Below, one piece after another: positions 39,389-53,074 of a DNA stretch of 64,000 bases. A program made the translations under genes and the position numbers. Every line of letters starts with the position of its first letter. The first letter of the stretch is position 1. The notes beneath the pieces are model-generated. The model had not been told where the DNA came from, searched no databases, and saw only the letters and a program-made list of their open reading frames with translations. Source of the stretch: Octopus vulgaris (taxonomy: Eukaryota); NCBI GenBank assembly GCA_951406725.2, contig OX597814.1, forward strand, positions 1,116,001-1,180,000, given 5' to 3'.

Positions 39389-39966
39389 CTTTCTCCAGTC
39401 TATCATCATCATCGTTTGACGTCTACCTTCCATGTTGCCACAGGTGGGATGGTTTAACAGGAGCCGGCCAGGCTGAAGCCTTCCCCAGACTTCTGTGAGT
39501 GTTTTAGCAGGATTTTTACAGCTGGATGCCCTTCCTAACACCAACCATTCAGCAGAATGGACTTGGTGCTTTTTGTTAAGGTTATTTCTACAGAAATTAG
39601 TGCTTTTTACGTAGCACACACACCGGTGCGGCCAGGAGTGCTTTTTATGTGGCACAAGCACAGGTGGGGTCAGTTTTGGCAAGGTTTTTACAGCTGTATG
39701 CCCTTCCAAATTTGTATGTGCTAGTACATCAGTCGAAATCCGTCTTTTGCTGGTGTCTCAAATTTAGGTTAAATTGGTGTTTCTCAGAGGGGAGGCCATG
39801 GGACAAGTTGTTTTGAGAAAATTTGGTTCAAGTGTTTGACAACTCATCATCATCCATTGGATGGGGGACGTTTTGCTCGTATATATATATATATATATAT
39901 ATATCATCATCATCATCATCATTATTATTATCATTACACTATATAAGTTTTTTTTTCCTATTTCAG

Positions 39967-40137
39967 TCGGACACGAAGGATTTCCAGGCATTGCTGTCTG
40001 AAGTGAAGGATGGTTTGATGAAATACAAAACCCTTCAAGTGAACCAACTGCAGATGATTTTTGATACTTTACTGCGCTGTGCAAAACCTGATCGTAGTAC
40101 AATACTAGAACTGTCCTCTCTACACACCCTAATGATG
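39967..40137 (+). CDS. LYST: LYST exon (171 bp, phase 0 to 0): SDTKDFQALL...LHTLMM
   Basis: Acceptor ctatttcag and donor ATG|gtaagt; open frame. Confidence 0.85.
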
Positions 40138-40430
40138 GTAAGTATCAAGTCAATTTTTATCAGCAGGGCGATGAAGAATCTCGTTGATGGTTATTCAGTC
40201 TCCTAGAAATAGCTGTCAAATCTTCTTTGATTCATGCTCTGACAGCTTCAGATATAAAGGGAGAACACATTACATAATGCACTTATTGTTTGTAAGCCTA
40301 ATACTTATTCTATCAGTCTCTTTTGCCAAACTGCTAAGTTACAGGGATGTAAACACACCAACATTGGTTGTCAAGTGATAGTGGAGGGGACAAACACAGA
40401 CACACAGACATATGTATATATTTATATGAC

Positions 40431-40716
40431 CAGGCCTGGCCGACTGGAATTACATTGTGGGGCCACTTTAATCACAGAAATTTTTTTGAGGGCCGCTTGT
40501 AAACTGACAGAATTGAAAGCATTGTAATTTCTCATGCTATTAATTCCACATGAAATAATATTGTTGCAAAAACAGTAGTAGCTTTCTTTTTTTTACTTTT
40601 CATTAAAATCTTTAATTTTTGATAAAATTTTAAAAGTGTTTGTTTAAATGAACCCATTTCAAGATAGAATCAAGCAGGCTGCATGTGGCCCGCAGACCTC
40701 AGGTTGGCCAGCGCTG
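40431..40716. mobile_element. hAT-like MITE
   Basis: Termini CAGGCCTGGCCGAC...GTTGGCCAGCGCTG with subterminal gggcc(g/a)c motifs; the TSD is degenerate. Confidence 0.55.
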
Positions 40717-40857
40717 TTCTCGACCATCAATCTGGAAAGTTACAAAACAGGAGAGCTGGAATGTCTTTCATCATATTTGTATTCAATTAGAGTTGATCTG
40801 GAGCCAAACGACAATAATTGCTTCACATTATTTACATTTGAGAATATGACCCTAAAA

Positions 40858-41125
40858 CTGTGTGTACTCCATCCCATGCAGCTGTGGTAGGTTATACAAA
40901 GGTGAAACATGCCGCCCCCTCAAAATAAGGGTAGAGGAACATCGCAAAGCTGTGACATGAGGAGATATTGATAAATCGGGTATAACTGATCATGTATGGA
41001 AAAATAGAGACCGCATCCCCCCGTGGGATGAAGTTAAAATGATAAACAGAGAACACCACTGGAAAATACAAAAACTAAAAGAAGCAGCACATTTGCTAGG
41101 ACATAATAACCTCCTAAGCAGACCT
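40858..41125 (+). mobile_element. Penelope-like element GIY-YIG endonuclease fragment (degenerate)
   Basis: Translates to VYSIPCSCGRLYKGETCRPLKIRVEEHRKA...KSGITDHVW...WDEVK...LKEAAH, with a stop codon. A related short piece lies on the - strand at about 18478-18565. Confidence 0.75.
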
Positions 41126-42874
41126 GGTAGACAGAAACTGAAAGAAGCCTGTTGTATATGTTTGTGTGTCTGTGTTTGTCCCCCCACCATCGCTTGACAA
41201 CCGATGTTGGTGTGTTTATGTCCCCATAACTTAGTGATTTGGCAAAAGAGCTTTATAGAATAAGTACTAGGCTCATAAAGAGTAAGTCCTGGGGTCAGTT
41301 TGTTTGACTAAAGGTGATGCTCCAGCATGGCTGCAGTCAAATGACTGAAACAAATAAAAGAATAAGAGAATACTGCCCTTATAGCATACTTGACAAAAAA
41401 TTGCTGTGTATTAATATAAACTGTAACCAGCTTCTAATAATCCTCAAAAACCTTGTTAATAACACCAGAAAGTGCATCCTAAGCCTATCTTCAAATGAGA
41501 AATCTCTCAACTCTGCTTCTCATTACCACATTGATGTATTGAAAGTGATTGGCTTCAACAATAAAAACTATACATAGAGAATACCATTAATATTCACAAG
41601 GCCAAAAATAGGAAGTAAAATATGATATAGTATAATCCTGTCTCTGGTTTTAATGCTTGTTCTAATGTTGTTAAGATTTTCTTAAACATTACAAATAAGC
41701 ATTTCTCCATAGATCATAAGTATCATAAAATTTTTAATAGAAATAGCATAACTGAGAGTTAGAGTTGCAGCCAGAATTTCACTGCTTTCATAGCCTGTGT
41801 GAACTGAAAAATCTTTCTGCATAAAAACACAAAACTTCTTTATGTAATTTCAGAAACCCTGATAGCTGCCCTTTCAGTTATATTTTTAATGCAGTAGTTT
41901 ATCGAGCTAACGTTTTCCTTGCATATAACAATGGAACATAAAAACTATTTAGGGGCTTACTGAAAACCCTTTTAAAAATGACTTGTGCAATATATAGTAT
42001 GCATTCAAACATTGAGAAAGATACCTCTCCATCTAAATATATCTGGATTTTAAAAGGTTAAACAACAAACATAATGCATAACCTTTGAAACTAATTACCT
42101 TGATCTTAAAGTTCAAAAAGCTGTAGGCTCATTGCAGAATATCTAGATGTTCTCTTATTTTTAATAAAGATCTGTTGAGTGATTGCTGAAGTTGTTAATC
42201 ATATGACAAAGGAAGGGTGGGCACAAAAAGAACCATGTATTCCAGAGGTTATTGCTAAAGTAACTTTCTTGAATATTAGGAAAGAAGTTTTAGTATTTTT
42301 GTCAAGGTGTGATTTGATCCTGAGTTTCGAATGAAGCCTTGCAATATTTTCAGAAGATGTCTTAGAGACATTATGGAAGAAATCCAAAACAAACTCAAAA
42401 CTCTGGCAATCACCACATTCTTTCGTCATTGTCATTCTAATCTTTGTTCTCTCTCTCTCTCTCTGTTTCTATACCTGCCTAACTCTCTCTGTCTCTCTCT
42501 TTCTCTCTCTCTCAGTGTTTCTCCCCTGTTTCTTTATCTACCTAATTCTTACTCTCTGTCTACCTCCCTCCCTCTTCATTTCTTACCCACCTGATACCCT
42601 CCCTCTCTCCTCTCTACCTAATTCTCATGCAACCTTTCTTTTTCCCTCTCATCCTGCCTAATTCTCTCTCTCGTTCTCATGTTTCTTTCTCTCTCCACCC
42701 AATTCTGATGCCCCCCCTCTCTCTCTCTTTTTCATTGTCTTTCTCTCTCTCTCTCTCTACCTAATTCTCATGCCCCTCTCTTTCTCTGCTTAATTCTCTT
42801 GGCCTCTGTCTCTCTGTCTCTCTCTTTCTTTCTCTCATTCTCTCTTCTCTCTCTCTCTCTCTCTCTCTTTGCAG

Positions 42875-43016
42875 TATTCCAAAGACGATGACTTGGTAGA
42901 TGAAGAAGAAGTCCGCCAGTTATTACAGCAGGGTACCGACACCGAGATGGAATGTCTGCTGATCGAGTGTGGTTATGATGCTGACAGTGAATTCTCTTTA
43001 TCTGATGATCTGAAAG
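42875..43016 (+). CDS. LYST: LYST exon (142 bp, phase 0 to 1): YSKDDD...ECGYDADSEFSLSDDLK
   Basis: Long (CT)n tract plus ttgcag acceptor; donor AAAG|gtacag. GYDADSE resembles LYST GYEADSE. Confidence 0.87.
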
Positions 43017-43122
43017 GTACAGTTGTCATAGCAACATAATCGCATGATGGTTGCTTTAGATCTGTTGTAATGCTTCTTCTAATGACTCCAACAGAGTCCG
43101 GGCAGCATTGTTTCTGTTTATA

Positions 43123-43815
43123 TATATAAAATTAGTGTACATTTAAACACAAAAAGAAGTGACCCTTAACAGGCCACCTTACATGCTAGAAGGAGCAGTC
43201 AAAACGTCCAAAAACCACATTTAAGAGCAATTTCAAAGGGAATGAAAAATAAAAACTTTTACCATGTTTTTTACAGTCAGACCTAGGTTTCGAACTTTAA
43301 TTAGCAAATAAAATAATTTGCTAGGCAGCGTTCTCATCAGTGGGTACTCCAAACATTAACATATAATTTAGAGACAGAATAACACGTGTCTCATCATTAT
43401 ATATTGCAATTTTTTTCAAATTCACTGCACAAGCACAGATTTAGTCAGCAGCAAATAAAAAAATGCCAACTAACTTCAGAAATTACTAAAATCATATTCT
43501 TAAAATAATATAGGCTAGCAAAATTTTAGAAATTTTTTACCGGTGGTCCAGCATGTATAAAAAGTCAATAGACATATTTTCCATATAAAATTAGTGTACA
43601 TTTAAACATGGAAAGAGTGCTTATAAATGTGGTTTTTGGACGTTTTGACTGCTCTTTCTAGCATGTAAGGCGACCTGTTAAAGGTTAGCTTTTTTTGCGT
43701 TTAAATGTACACTAATTTTATATAAAAATATGTTGTCTATTGACTTTTTACACATGCTAGGCCACTGGTAGAAAAATTTCTAAAATTTTACTACCTTATA
43801 TTATTTTAAGAATAT
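43123..43815. repeat. Nested inverted-repeat (foldback) structure
   Basis: 43494-43608 pairs with 43700-43815, and 43123-43229 pairs with 43618-43724. Confidence 0.85.
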
Positions 43816-44352
43816 ATATATAAATATGTATGTGATTGTTACCTGCGTCGCCTTACTAGCACGTGAAAAAACATTCGAGCGAGGTCGTTGCCAGTGCCAC
43901 TGGACTGGCTCCTGTGCAGGTGGCACATAAAAAGCACCATTTGAGCGTGGACATTGCCAGTACCACCTGACTGGCCCTCGTGTCAGTGACACGTAAAAGC
44001 ACCCACTACACTCTCGGAGTGGTTGGCGTTAGGAAGGGCATCCATTTGTAGAAACTCTGCCAGATCAAGATTGGAACCTGGTGCAGCCATCTGGTTTGCC
44101 AGTCCTCAGTCAAATCGTTCAACCCATGCCAGCATGGAAGGCGGACATTAAACGATGATGATGATGATGAACTATATGATTAGGGAATCATCTTCACAAG
44201 TGTGTTTCCAGGTTCCATCCCATTGTGTGCTGCTTTGAACAGATGCCTTTTACCAGAGTTTTCAGCTGACCAATATGCTTTGACTTGAATTTGGGAAATG
44301 AAAACTGTATGGAATCTCTTATGTACACACACACACACACACGTACGTATGA

Positions 44353-44573
44353 GAGTAATCCCTCGACTATTGTGGGTGTAATGTTCTAAAAACCCACCAC
44401 AATAGGTGAAAATCTGCAAAGTAGAAACAGTCCTGTACCATATATTTTAAAATTTATTTTTATAATTTGTATATATTTATTTTATAAATGCAAAAGCACA
44501 CCACGGAGGAATCAATGTAGGCTTCAATTAATAAACCGTGATAGGTGAACTGCGATATGGCCAGGGATTACTG
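44353..44573. mobile_element. Tigger/pogo-like MITE
   Basis: Termini AGTAATCCCTCG...CAGGGATTACTG|TA. Confidence 0.55.
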
Positions 44574-45885
44574 TATATGCAGGCAGATATAGATATAGTC
44601 GTGGCTGTGTGGTTAACAAGTTTGCTTTGTAGCTAAGTGGTTTTGAGTTCAGGCTCACTATGCAGTACCTTGGGCAATTCTCTTCTACTATAGCCCTGGG
44701 ATAACTCAAAATCTCGTGAGTGGATTTAATGGATAACAACTGAAAGAAACCTGTCATATATATGTACTCAAGAAGACCTGTGCTCCATAGATGTGTTAAG
44801 TCTGCGTCCCCTGGTGAAGAAGTTTCCCCTGCAAGAGCCCTGTCTTGCTGCTACATAAGAAATACTCATGCTGGTGCCATGTGAGAGGCGCTTGTGCCAT
44901 GTGAGAGGCGCTTGTGCCAGTGGTATATTAAAAGGTGAGCTGGCAGAAACGGTAGCACGCCGGGCGAAATGCTTAGCAGTATTTCATCTGTCACTACGTT
45001 CTGAGTTCAAATTCCGCCGAGGTCGACTTTGCTTTTCATCCTTCTGGGGTCGATTAAAGAAGTACCAGTTACACACTGGAGTCAATGTAATTGACTTAAT
45101 CCCTTTGTCTGTCCTTGTTTGTCCCCTCTATGTTTAGCCCCTTGTGTGTAGTAAAGAAATAGGTATATTAAAAGCATCCAGCAAACACTGTAAAGTGGTT
45201 GGTGTTAAGAAGGGCGTCCAGCTGTAGAAACCAAACCACATCAGACTGGAACCTGTGCTGGATTTCACTTGCCTAACGATGCATATTTACATGATATCGA
45301 ACCAACAATATCATGATCACGTGTGCAACACCATTACCACTGAGCTACAAACCTTCACCATGCTGATACACCTGTATATATTCCACCCATCAGCCCACGT
45401 AAAAACCACTTGCTGGTTTTGCATAATAAAAGCACTGGTGCTGGTACCATTTGCAAAGCATGGGTGTCACGGGAAAAACAACACTTTGTAAAGTGGTTGG
45501 CATTAGGAAGGGCATCTATCTGTAGAAACCATGCCAAAACAACTGGAACCTGGTGTGGCTCCTTGCCTTGCCAGCTCCTGTCAAGTTATCCAAACCATGC
45601 CAGCATTGAAAACAGATGTTAAATAATGATGATGTACCCTGTAAGCATATGTGTATGCATATATGGGTATCACAGTGCTGTATCTCTATGTATCACTGTC
45701 CCTATGTCCTATGCCGTAAGTATGTGTGTATGTATCTTGCATATCACCTATTTGTGTTTTATTGCCATACTTTAAATATATCTATCCATGTGTATCAAAT
45801 GGATGTACCTGTATACATGTTACATGACTGTTTCAAATATGTGTTATCCTAAGATATCTATCTCTGTGTGTATATATATCAACAG

Positions 45886-46082
45886 GTAAACCATCTCGGA
45901 GCAAGGAATCAGATCTCTACCTCACCCAGATTCATTTTGCTTCCGTCTACCGCCTCATTATTGAATTGATGATTCACATGAACAGAGAAGGATATGGCCA
46001 AGGAATATTCCACCGCATTCTTTACCAGTTAGTACAGACATGCCGTGAAGATCAGGGTGCCATGCAAGCTATGAGTTCTGAG
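45886..46082 (+). CDS. LYST: LYST exon (197 bp, phase 1 to 0)
   Basis: Acceptor tatcaacag and donor GAG|gtaagg. Overlaps ORF 45966-46166; phase is consistent with neighbours. Confidence 0.85.
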
Positions 46083-46232
46083 GTAAGGATGGGTAATCTC
46101 CGGAGTATGGGGCATTCGAGGATGGCTAGTAAGGGTCTGAACAATAAAGAGAGGCTGTGTGTGTGAATCGAGGTTTAATCTATTCCTGCTAAAATAGGAC
46201 TACGACTTGACAGGGTTAATGGCGAGGTTGTA

Positions 46233-46558
46233 GGAGCGCTCCGTCGGTTACGACGATGAGGGTCCCAGCTGATACGATCAACGGAACAGCCTGCTCGTGA
46301 AATTAACGTGCAAGTGGCTGAGCACTCCACAGACACGTGTAACCTTAACGTAGTTCTCAGGGAGATTCAGCGTGACACGGAGTGTGACAAGGCTGGCCCC
46401 TTTGAATTACAGGTACCACTCATTTTTGCCAGCTGAGTGGACTGGAGCAACGTGAAATAAAGTGTCTCGCTCAAGGACACAACGCGACGCCGTGAATCGA
46501 ACTCACAACCTTACAATCGTGAGCCGAATGCCCTAACCACTAAGCCACGCGCCTTCAC
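46233..46558 (-). mobile_element. tRNA-derived SINE family D
   Basis: On the - strand: gtgaaggcgcgtggcttagtggttagggc...gagttcgattc...gttgtgtccttgagc. Approximate 12-bp TSD ggcgaggttgta / ggggaggtagta. A related head lies at about 53375-53520 (+). Confidence 0.75.
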
Positions 46559-47323
46559 GGGGAGGTAGTAATAGGAGAGTAAATGTAGATATTGAGAACT
46601 ATCACGGATCGATTTAGCCACGTCAGGTAATCACTCTCAAGGGAGATAACTCTCAAGTGTTAAAACGGTGATTCTTCACAACTACGTGACGTCATGCCTT
46701 TTGGGTCGGGCAAAGCTATTGAAGTACCCTTAATATTTAACTGGTATATATTTTAGTGACCCCAGAAAAACAAAAGACAAAGTAGATTGAGCTCAGTGAG
46801 ATTTGAACTTGGAATAAAAAAAGGATGCGGCTGAATATCACACGTTGCATTGATTGTGTGTTTATATAGTGGGAGGCATGGATGGTGAGCATATAATAAT
46901 AATACCTTGAATTATCCAGCCACACCTGGGAGCTGTGTGTGTTTGTGGGGTGTAGTACCTTCATTAACACACATCCACCTGGGTAAGCATTGACCATTCA
47001 ACATGGTTTCTATGGCTGGATGCCCTTCCGAATGCCAACCATTTTACAGTGTGTATTGAGTGCTCTTTTTGGTGCCACTGGCACTATTTAGGATGCTATG
47101 CGGCTCCCAAGGAGGGAGATGGGAATGTGCCCTTATGTTAGACAGGGGTGAAGGTATGAAGAAAGAGGTTGAACAGGTTGTTGCAGTGGAGCTACGTGGC
47201 TACCCACATTTAGGAGAGAGAGTGAGAATGAATCAGTAACACCACCAAAGACATAAATAGTGGTAATAAGGGTGTCTGGGTGGTACCTCAAGGTACTGGG
47301 TGAGTAGTAATGAATGGAAACTC

Positions 47324-47357
<34 letters not shown>

Positions 47358-47504
47358 ATTTAATAAACATTTTGTAGCATCAGAGCATGAAACTTATTGT
47401 AGCTCACATTTAATTCTGTCTTTATTAAATATTTCTCTCTCACTGAATGGTGTATGTTTCTTGTTGATCTTCCCAATAACAAACCAACACACACACACAC
47501 ACAT

Positions 47505-47535
<31 letters not shown>

Positions 47536-47859
47536 TTGTGTCTTCTTTATTTTGACTTTGTGTGAGTATTGTGAATGATTGTCTCTGTCATGAATTTCCA
47601 TGTCTGACTTTGAAATGTTTTCTTGTTTGGAAGCAAGCGAAGTTTAGCAACAGGAAAGGCATCCAGCCATCAAAAGTCTCCTTCAATATATCTACTTGAA
47701 TGCCTCCGTTTCCCTATGCTTGCATACACACACACACCCTTACAAATGTATGAGAGAGAGACACGGAGAGAGAAGGCATTGATATAAATTTGATTTTTAT
47801 TACAATCCATTCTGTTGCAAGAATCTGTATTAAATAAAATCGCATTGTTGTTTGGGCAG

Positions 47860-47926
47860 GGTATTGCTGGACTAATACTCAATGGGATGAAAGAAGATCT
47901 CCTAGGAAAGACCTCCATAAATAAAG
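47860..47926 (+). CDS. LYST: LYST exon (67 bp, phase 0 to 1): GIAGLILNGMKEDLLGKTSINK
   Basis: Acceptor tttgggcag and donor AAAG|gtaatt. Bridges the phase 0 and phase 1 neighbours exactly. Confidence 0.78.
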
Positions 47927-48009
47927 GTAATTCAATATTTTCTTTTGCTTTTTTATAGTTTTGTAACATTTGACTTGTTTAATTTGTGTGACGTCGGTGG
48001 TCATTCATG

Positions 48010-48430
48010 GCAGTGTACGAATGCCCTGAGAGAAAAGTTGGACATAAAAAGCATCAGATGTGGTGTGCAAGAGAGATGGCTGCATTGGTATGGTCATGTG
48101 TTACGTATGGATGAGGACAGCTGTGTGAGGAAGTGCCACACCCTAACTGTGGAAGGAACCTCTGGAAGAGATAGACCCAGGAAGACATGGGATGAGGTGG
48201 TGAAACATGACCTTCAAACATAGGGCCTCACAGAGGCAATGACAGGAGACTGAGACCTTTGGAGATATGCTGTGATTGAGAAGACCTGACAACGAAAGTG
48301 TGATTGCAGCCATGGCCGATGCCAGTGTTGCATGTCTGGTCCATTTAAGAGAACCCTTGATGCAGCCCTCAATCAAACCGTCCAACCCATGCCAGCTGTA
48401 AAGTGGACATTAAACGGTGATGGTGATGAT
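48010..48430 (+). mobile_element. RTE-clade LINE 3' fragment (ORF C-terminus and 3' UTR)
   Basis: LHWYGHVLRMDEDSCVRKC...GRDRPRKTWDEVVKHDL, followed by the same UTR and (GAT)n tail seen many times in the window. Confidence 0.85.
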
Positions 48431-48585
48431 TGTTTTGAATTAATCATGTATTATCTCATAACTTCAAGCTTTCAATGATGTGATTGTTTATTTTTAGAAT
48501 GACATTGCAAGGTAGGTGTGACAGGCCTGATCTGGTCAGTCTGAACATAAAACAGGTAGAATATTTAGGCTTGATGTGGCCATTT

Positions 48586-48814
48586 TAACCCTTTAGCATT
48601 TAAACCGGCCAAATCCGGCCAAAAGTATTCTGCCTGTTTTATGTTCAAACTAGCCAGATCTGGTCTCTCACACCAACCCTACAATATTGTTTTAAAAATT
48701 AACAGCTACCACATCAAAATCTCATCGCTACAAGATTAATGCCTGATTAGTTCAAAACAATGTGGATAAAAAAGCATTAGTTTTGGCAGAATAATGCAAA
48801 CACTAAAGGGTTAA
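48586..48814. mobile_element. Second piggyBac-like MITE family, nested in an older copy of the same family in opposite orientation
   Basis: Termini ttaaccctttagcatt...actaaagggttaa. A related copy at about 36851-37482 is interrupted by an RTE-tail repeat. Confidence 0.7.
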
Positions 48815-48898
48815 ACGCTAACGGCTGTGTGTGTTGCTGTGTGTAGACATTGTTTGATAATCACTGCATTAAGTGTAAATGTTGTTCTTCTGTTCCAG

Positions 48899-49008
48899 AA
48901 ACCCAGATCTTGCTGTTCACATACATTCAACAGTTAGCACAGAACCAGATAACTGCTGCTGAACTGAAGCTGCTTCTACGTCTGTTCATGGAAGATGGCT
49001 CTCCCTAT
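48899..49008 (+). CDS. LYST: LYST exon (110 bp, phase 1 to 0): ETQILLFTYIQQLAQNQITAAELKLLLRLFMEDGSPY
   Basis: Acceptor tgttccag and donor TAT|gtaagt. Resembles LYST EELTLLLRIFLE. Confidence 0.9.
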
Positions 49009-49789
49009 GTAAGTTACACCATCCACATTCTTCACATTTGTAATCTTCATGGGTTTTTATTATTATTATTTTTTTTGTATCACACGAGTGTCTGTGGCAG
49101 TTGTGCAATGGCACCCTTCTGTCTGTTAGTTCTGTCAGTCTTATTGTATTCTCTGCCCATTGTAATTCTATCCATCTCTCTTTTCTCATTTATTTCTGCA
49201 TTATAAATATTTCTTTATTACCCATAAGGGGCGAAACACAGAGGGGACAAACAAAGACAGACAAAGGGATTAAGTCGATTACATCGACCCCAGTGCTTAA
49301 CTGGTACTTTATTTATTGACCCCGAAAGGATGAAAGGTAAAGTCGACCTCGGCGGAATTTGAACTCAGAACGTAGCGGCAGACGAAATACGTGTAATTCA
49401 TCCTGCACTTTGAGTGGAGATGATGAAGTAGATAAGATGTCTGTCACTGGCATTTCATCATCATCATCTTCATCATCATTTAATGTCTGTCTTCCATACT
49501 GGCATTGGTTGATTGTAGGAGCTGGTAGGACTGCACCAAGCTCCACTGTCTGCTTTGGCATGGTTTCTTTACAGCTGGATGCACTTCCTAATGTCAACCA
49601 CTTCACAGGGAGTACTGGATACCTTTTTTTATTCATAATTCATGAGACACGATCCCTACGACTATGTGGGAGATCAGTATTGAAGGAGGAGCATTGCGTC
49701 AGGTATTGAGAGGCTAAAGTATGATAGAAGGATAGGAACAGATAGAAAAAGATAAGGGATGGTGGAGACAAGGTCTCTTGTACCTTTAT

Positions 49790-50476
49790 CCCTTTCGTTA
49801 CCAACCCAGCTGAAACCGGCAATGGTTCTGAGTACAAATGTCCTGTTTTCATAAGTTTTGAATTAAAATCTTCCACCAAACCTAAGTCACAATTTGTGTT
49901 CCTAACACCAGCTTAATGATAACTAAGTTATTTTACTAAATTCTTTGTTATATCTAAAATAATTGAGAGAAACACAGAGCATTTCAACAGACAAAAGGAT
50001 TAATAAATGATTAATTTAACCCTTTCGTTACCAGCCCGGCTAAAACCAGCTCTGGCTCTATAGCACAGATGTCTTGTTTTCATAAATTTTCAATTATGAA
50101 ACCTTAGTCACAATTTATGTTCCTAACTCTAACTTAATGATAACTGAGTTATTTTACTAAATTCTTTGTTATATTTAAAATTAATTGAAAGAAATACAGA
50201 ACATCTCAACAGAAATATGGTGACAAAAAAGTTAACAAATGATTAATTTAACCCTTTCGATACCAACCTGGCTAAAACCACCTCTGGCTCTGAGTACAAA
50301 TGTCTTGTCTTCAAAAGTTCTCAATTAAAATCTTCCACCAAACCTTTGTCACAATTTATGTTCCTGACACTAGCTTAATGATAACTAAGTTATTTTACTA
50401 AATTCTTTGTTATATTTAAAATTAATTGAAAGAAACACACAGCATCTCAACAGAAATATGGTAATAGAAGGGTTAA
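49790..50476. mobile_element. Three adjacent piggyBac-like MITEs of the same family, opposite orientation
   Basis: Units at about 49790-50003, 50016-50235 and 50248-50476; reverse complement of the 9.1-9.8 kb units. Confidence 0.8.
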
Positions 50477-52675
50477 GGTACCAGAAGGTGGATGTAAGAG
50501 AGAATATAGTGGATAGGTTTAAGACAGTGTGAGAGAAAAGTGACAGACAGTTGGAGATGGAGATAGAGGTGAATGCAGTGAATGGTGAACTGGGGTGGAA
50601 ATATGGTCAATGGTGAATCGCCAGTTGGGTTGGGTGAGGCATAAAAGAAAACATGAGTGAGGGAGGATGAGGTGATTGTAACAATTCACAAAATGGATGG
50701 GGAGGAGAAAGCAACAGTGTAATAAAACTGGAGATAAATAAGAAATAAGATGACATGAAGTGTTGGCTAGAGAGAAGATGCAGAGTGATAGAGATGGAGA
50801 TGAGAGCCATGTAGGGGTGGATGTAGTGATCAACAACAAAAACAAAATAGGGTAGAGGTGGTGGCTGTGAATGGTAGATATAAGAATGTATTCAGAGGAA
50901 AAGGGGAATTTACTGGAAAAAAAAGTGCTGAGGGATGACACCAAAACAGTGGCGGAATATGTGCAGTTCTGCTCTCGTTAGTCTTTTAGTCAGCATGAAT
51001 CCCTTATTCCATTTTCTTCCACTTCTCATATTCTTCGGAAAGGTATGAATGTCACAACATCTCAGTGAGTGCAGGCATAGCCATGGTGTTAAGAAGTTCA
51101 CTTTTAAATGAAGTTGTTCTATGTTCAACCCATCTCTGCTGTACCTTGGGCAAGTTCTTCTACTTCAGCCTTGGGTTAATCAAAGCTTTTTAGCTTTCTC
51201 AGTGAGACTGGGCTAACAGAAACTACGCAGGAGTCCCTCAGCTGGACTACACTTGTTTTAGTGTGGTAGACTTCATCTCTCGTCTGGTTTTGCACCACCA
51301 CCTTTGAGTGTCATTTGACTGCAGCCATGCTGGAACACCACCTTTGGTCAAACAAATCGACCCCAGCACTGATTCTTTGTAAGCCTAGTACTTATTCTAT
51401 CGGTCTCTTTTGCCAAACCGCTAAGTTACTGGGAGGTAAACACACCATCATCAGTTGTTAAGCAATGGTGGGAAGACAAACACAGACACACAAATACATA
51501 CATACAATGGGCTTCTTTCAGTATCTGTCTACCAAATCCACTCACAAGGCTTTGGTTGGCCTGAGGCTGTAGTAGAAGACACTTGCCCCTAAAGTGCCAC
51601 GCAGTGGGACTGAACCCGGAACCATGTGGTTGGGAAGTAAGCTTTTCACCACACAGCCACTCCTGTGTGTGTATATCATGATGGCATCACTACGACTCTT
51701 GAGGTCCCAAACAAAGAATGTAAAGAATTGGAAATGCAGTTAAGCATTTCATCCAAAGCAGTAATGGTTCTGCCATCTTTCTGCATTTAATAGTTTCAAA
51801 TTTTTGCGCAAGGCCTACAATTTTAGGGAAGGAATTAATTGATTACAGCATTTTGTCTGGTATGCTGATGCTTTTGCTTGCTTACTGCCTTAATCATCAT
51901 CATCATCATCATCATTGTCGTTTAACATCTGCTTTCTATGCTGGTATGGGTTGGATATTTTGACTGAGAGTTGGTAGGCCAGGAGGCTGCACCAGGCTCC
52001 AATCTGATCTGGCAAGGTTTCTACAGCTGGATGCCCTTCCTAATGCCAACCACTCAGAGAGTATAGCGGGTGCTTTTTACGTGCTACTGGCACAGGAGCC
52101 AGTCAGGTGGGACTGGCATCAACAAGGCTCGAATGGTGCTTTTTATGTGCCACCAGCACGGGTGCCAGTCAGGTGCCACTGGCATTGACCATGACCATGA
52201 TTTCACTCAGTTCAACAGGTCTTAGCAACATTAAACAACAACAACAATAATGGATTCAAGTTTAGACACAAGGCCATCAATTTCCCGGGAGTGAGGGTTG
52301 TCTGTGGCATTGGCCCCAGTTTTAACTTGTACTTATTTTGTTGACCCTGAGAGAATGAAAGGCAAAAATCAACCTCAGCAGAATTTGAGCTCAGAGTGCC
52401 CCCAGATTAGCTCCTGTGCTGGAGGCATGTATAAAGTATCCACTACACTCTCGGAGTGGTTGGCATGAGGAAGGGCATCCAGCTGTAGAAACATTGGCAG
52501 ATCAGATTGGAGCCTGGTGCAGCCTTTTGGCCTCCCAGTCCTCAGTCAGACTGTCCAACCCATGCCAGCATGGAAAGCAGATGTTAAACAATGATGATGA
52601 TGACTATAAAAATAGATGAAATGCCACTAAGCATTTTGCCTGGCATACGTACGACTCTGCCAGATTCACACCTTA

Positions 52676-52714
<39 letters not shown>

Positions 52715-52964
52715 CCTTGCTACTAAAGGCACAAGGCCTGAAATGTGTGGTCAGGGGATTGGGTGATTACATTGACTCCAGTGTTTCACTGGTACTTAAT
52801 TTATTGACCCTGAAAGGATGAAAGGTAAAGTTGACCTCGGCGGAATTTGAACTCACAATGTAGCAATGGGTGAAATACCGCTAAGCATTTTGAAAAACCT
52901 GCTAACAATTCTGCCATCTCGACACCTAATAATAATAATAATAATAATAATAGTAATAATAATA

Positions 52965-53007
<43 letters not shown>

Positions 53008-53074
53008 TAATAATAAAAATGATGATGATGATTTAAAAATGCTAATTAATGGTCTGTAATTGTCTCTCTGTCAG

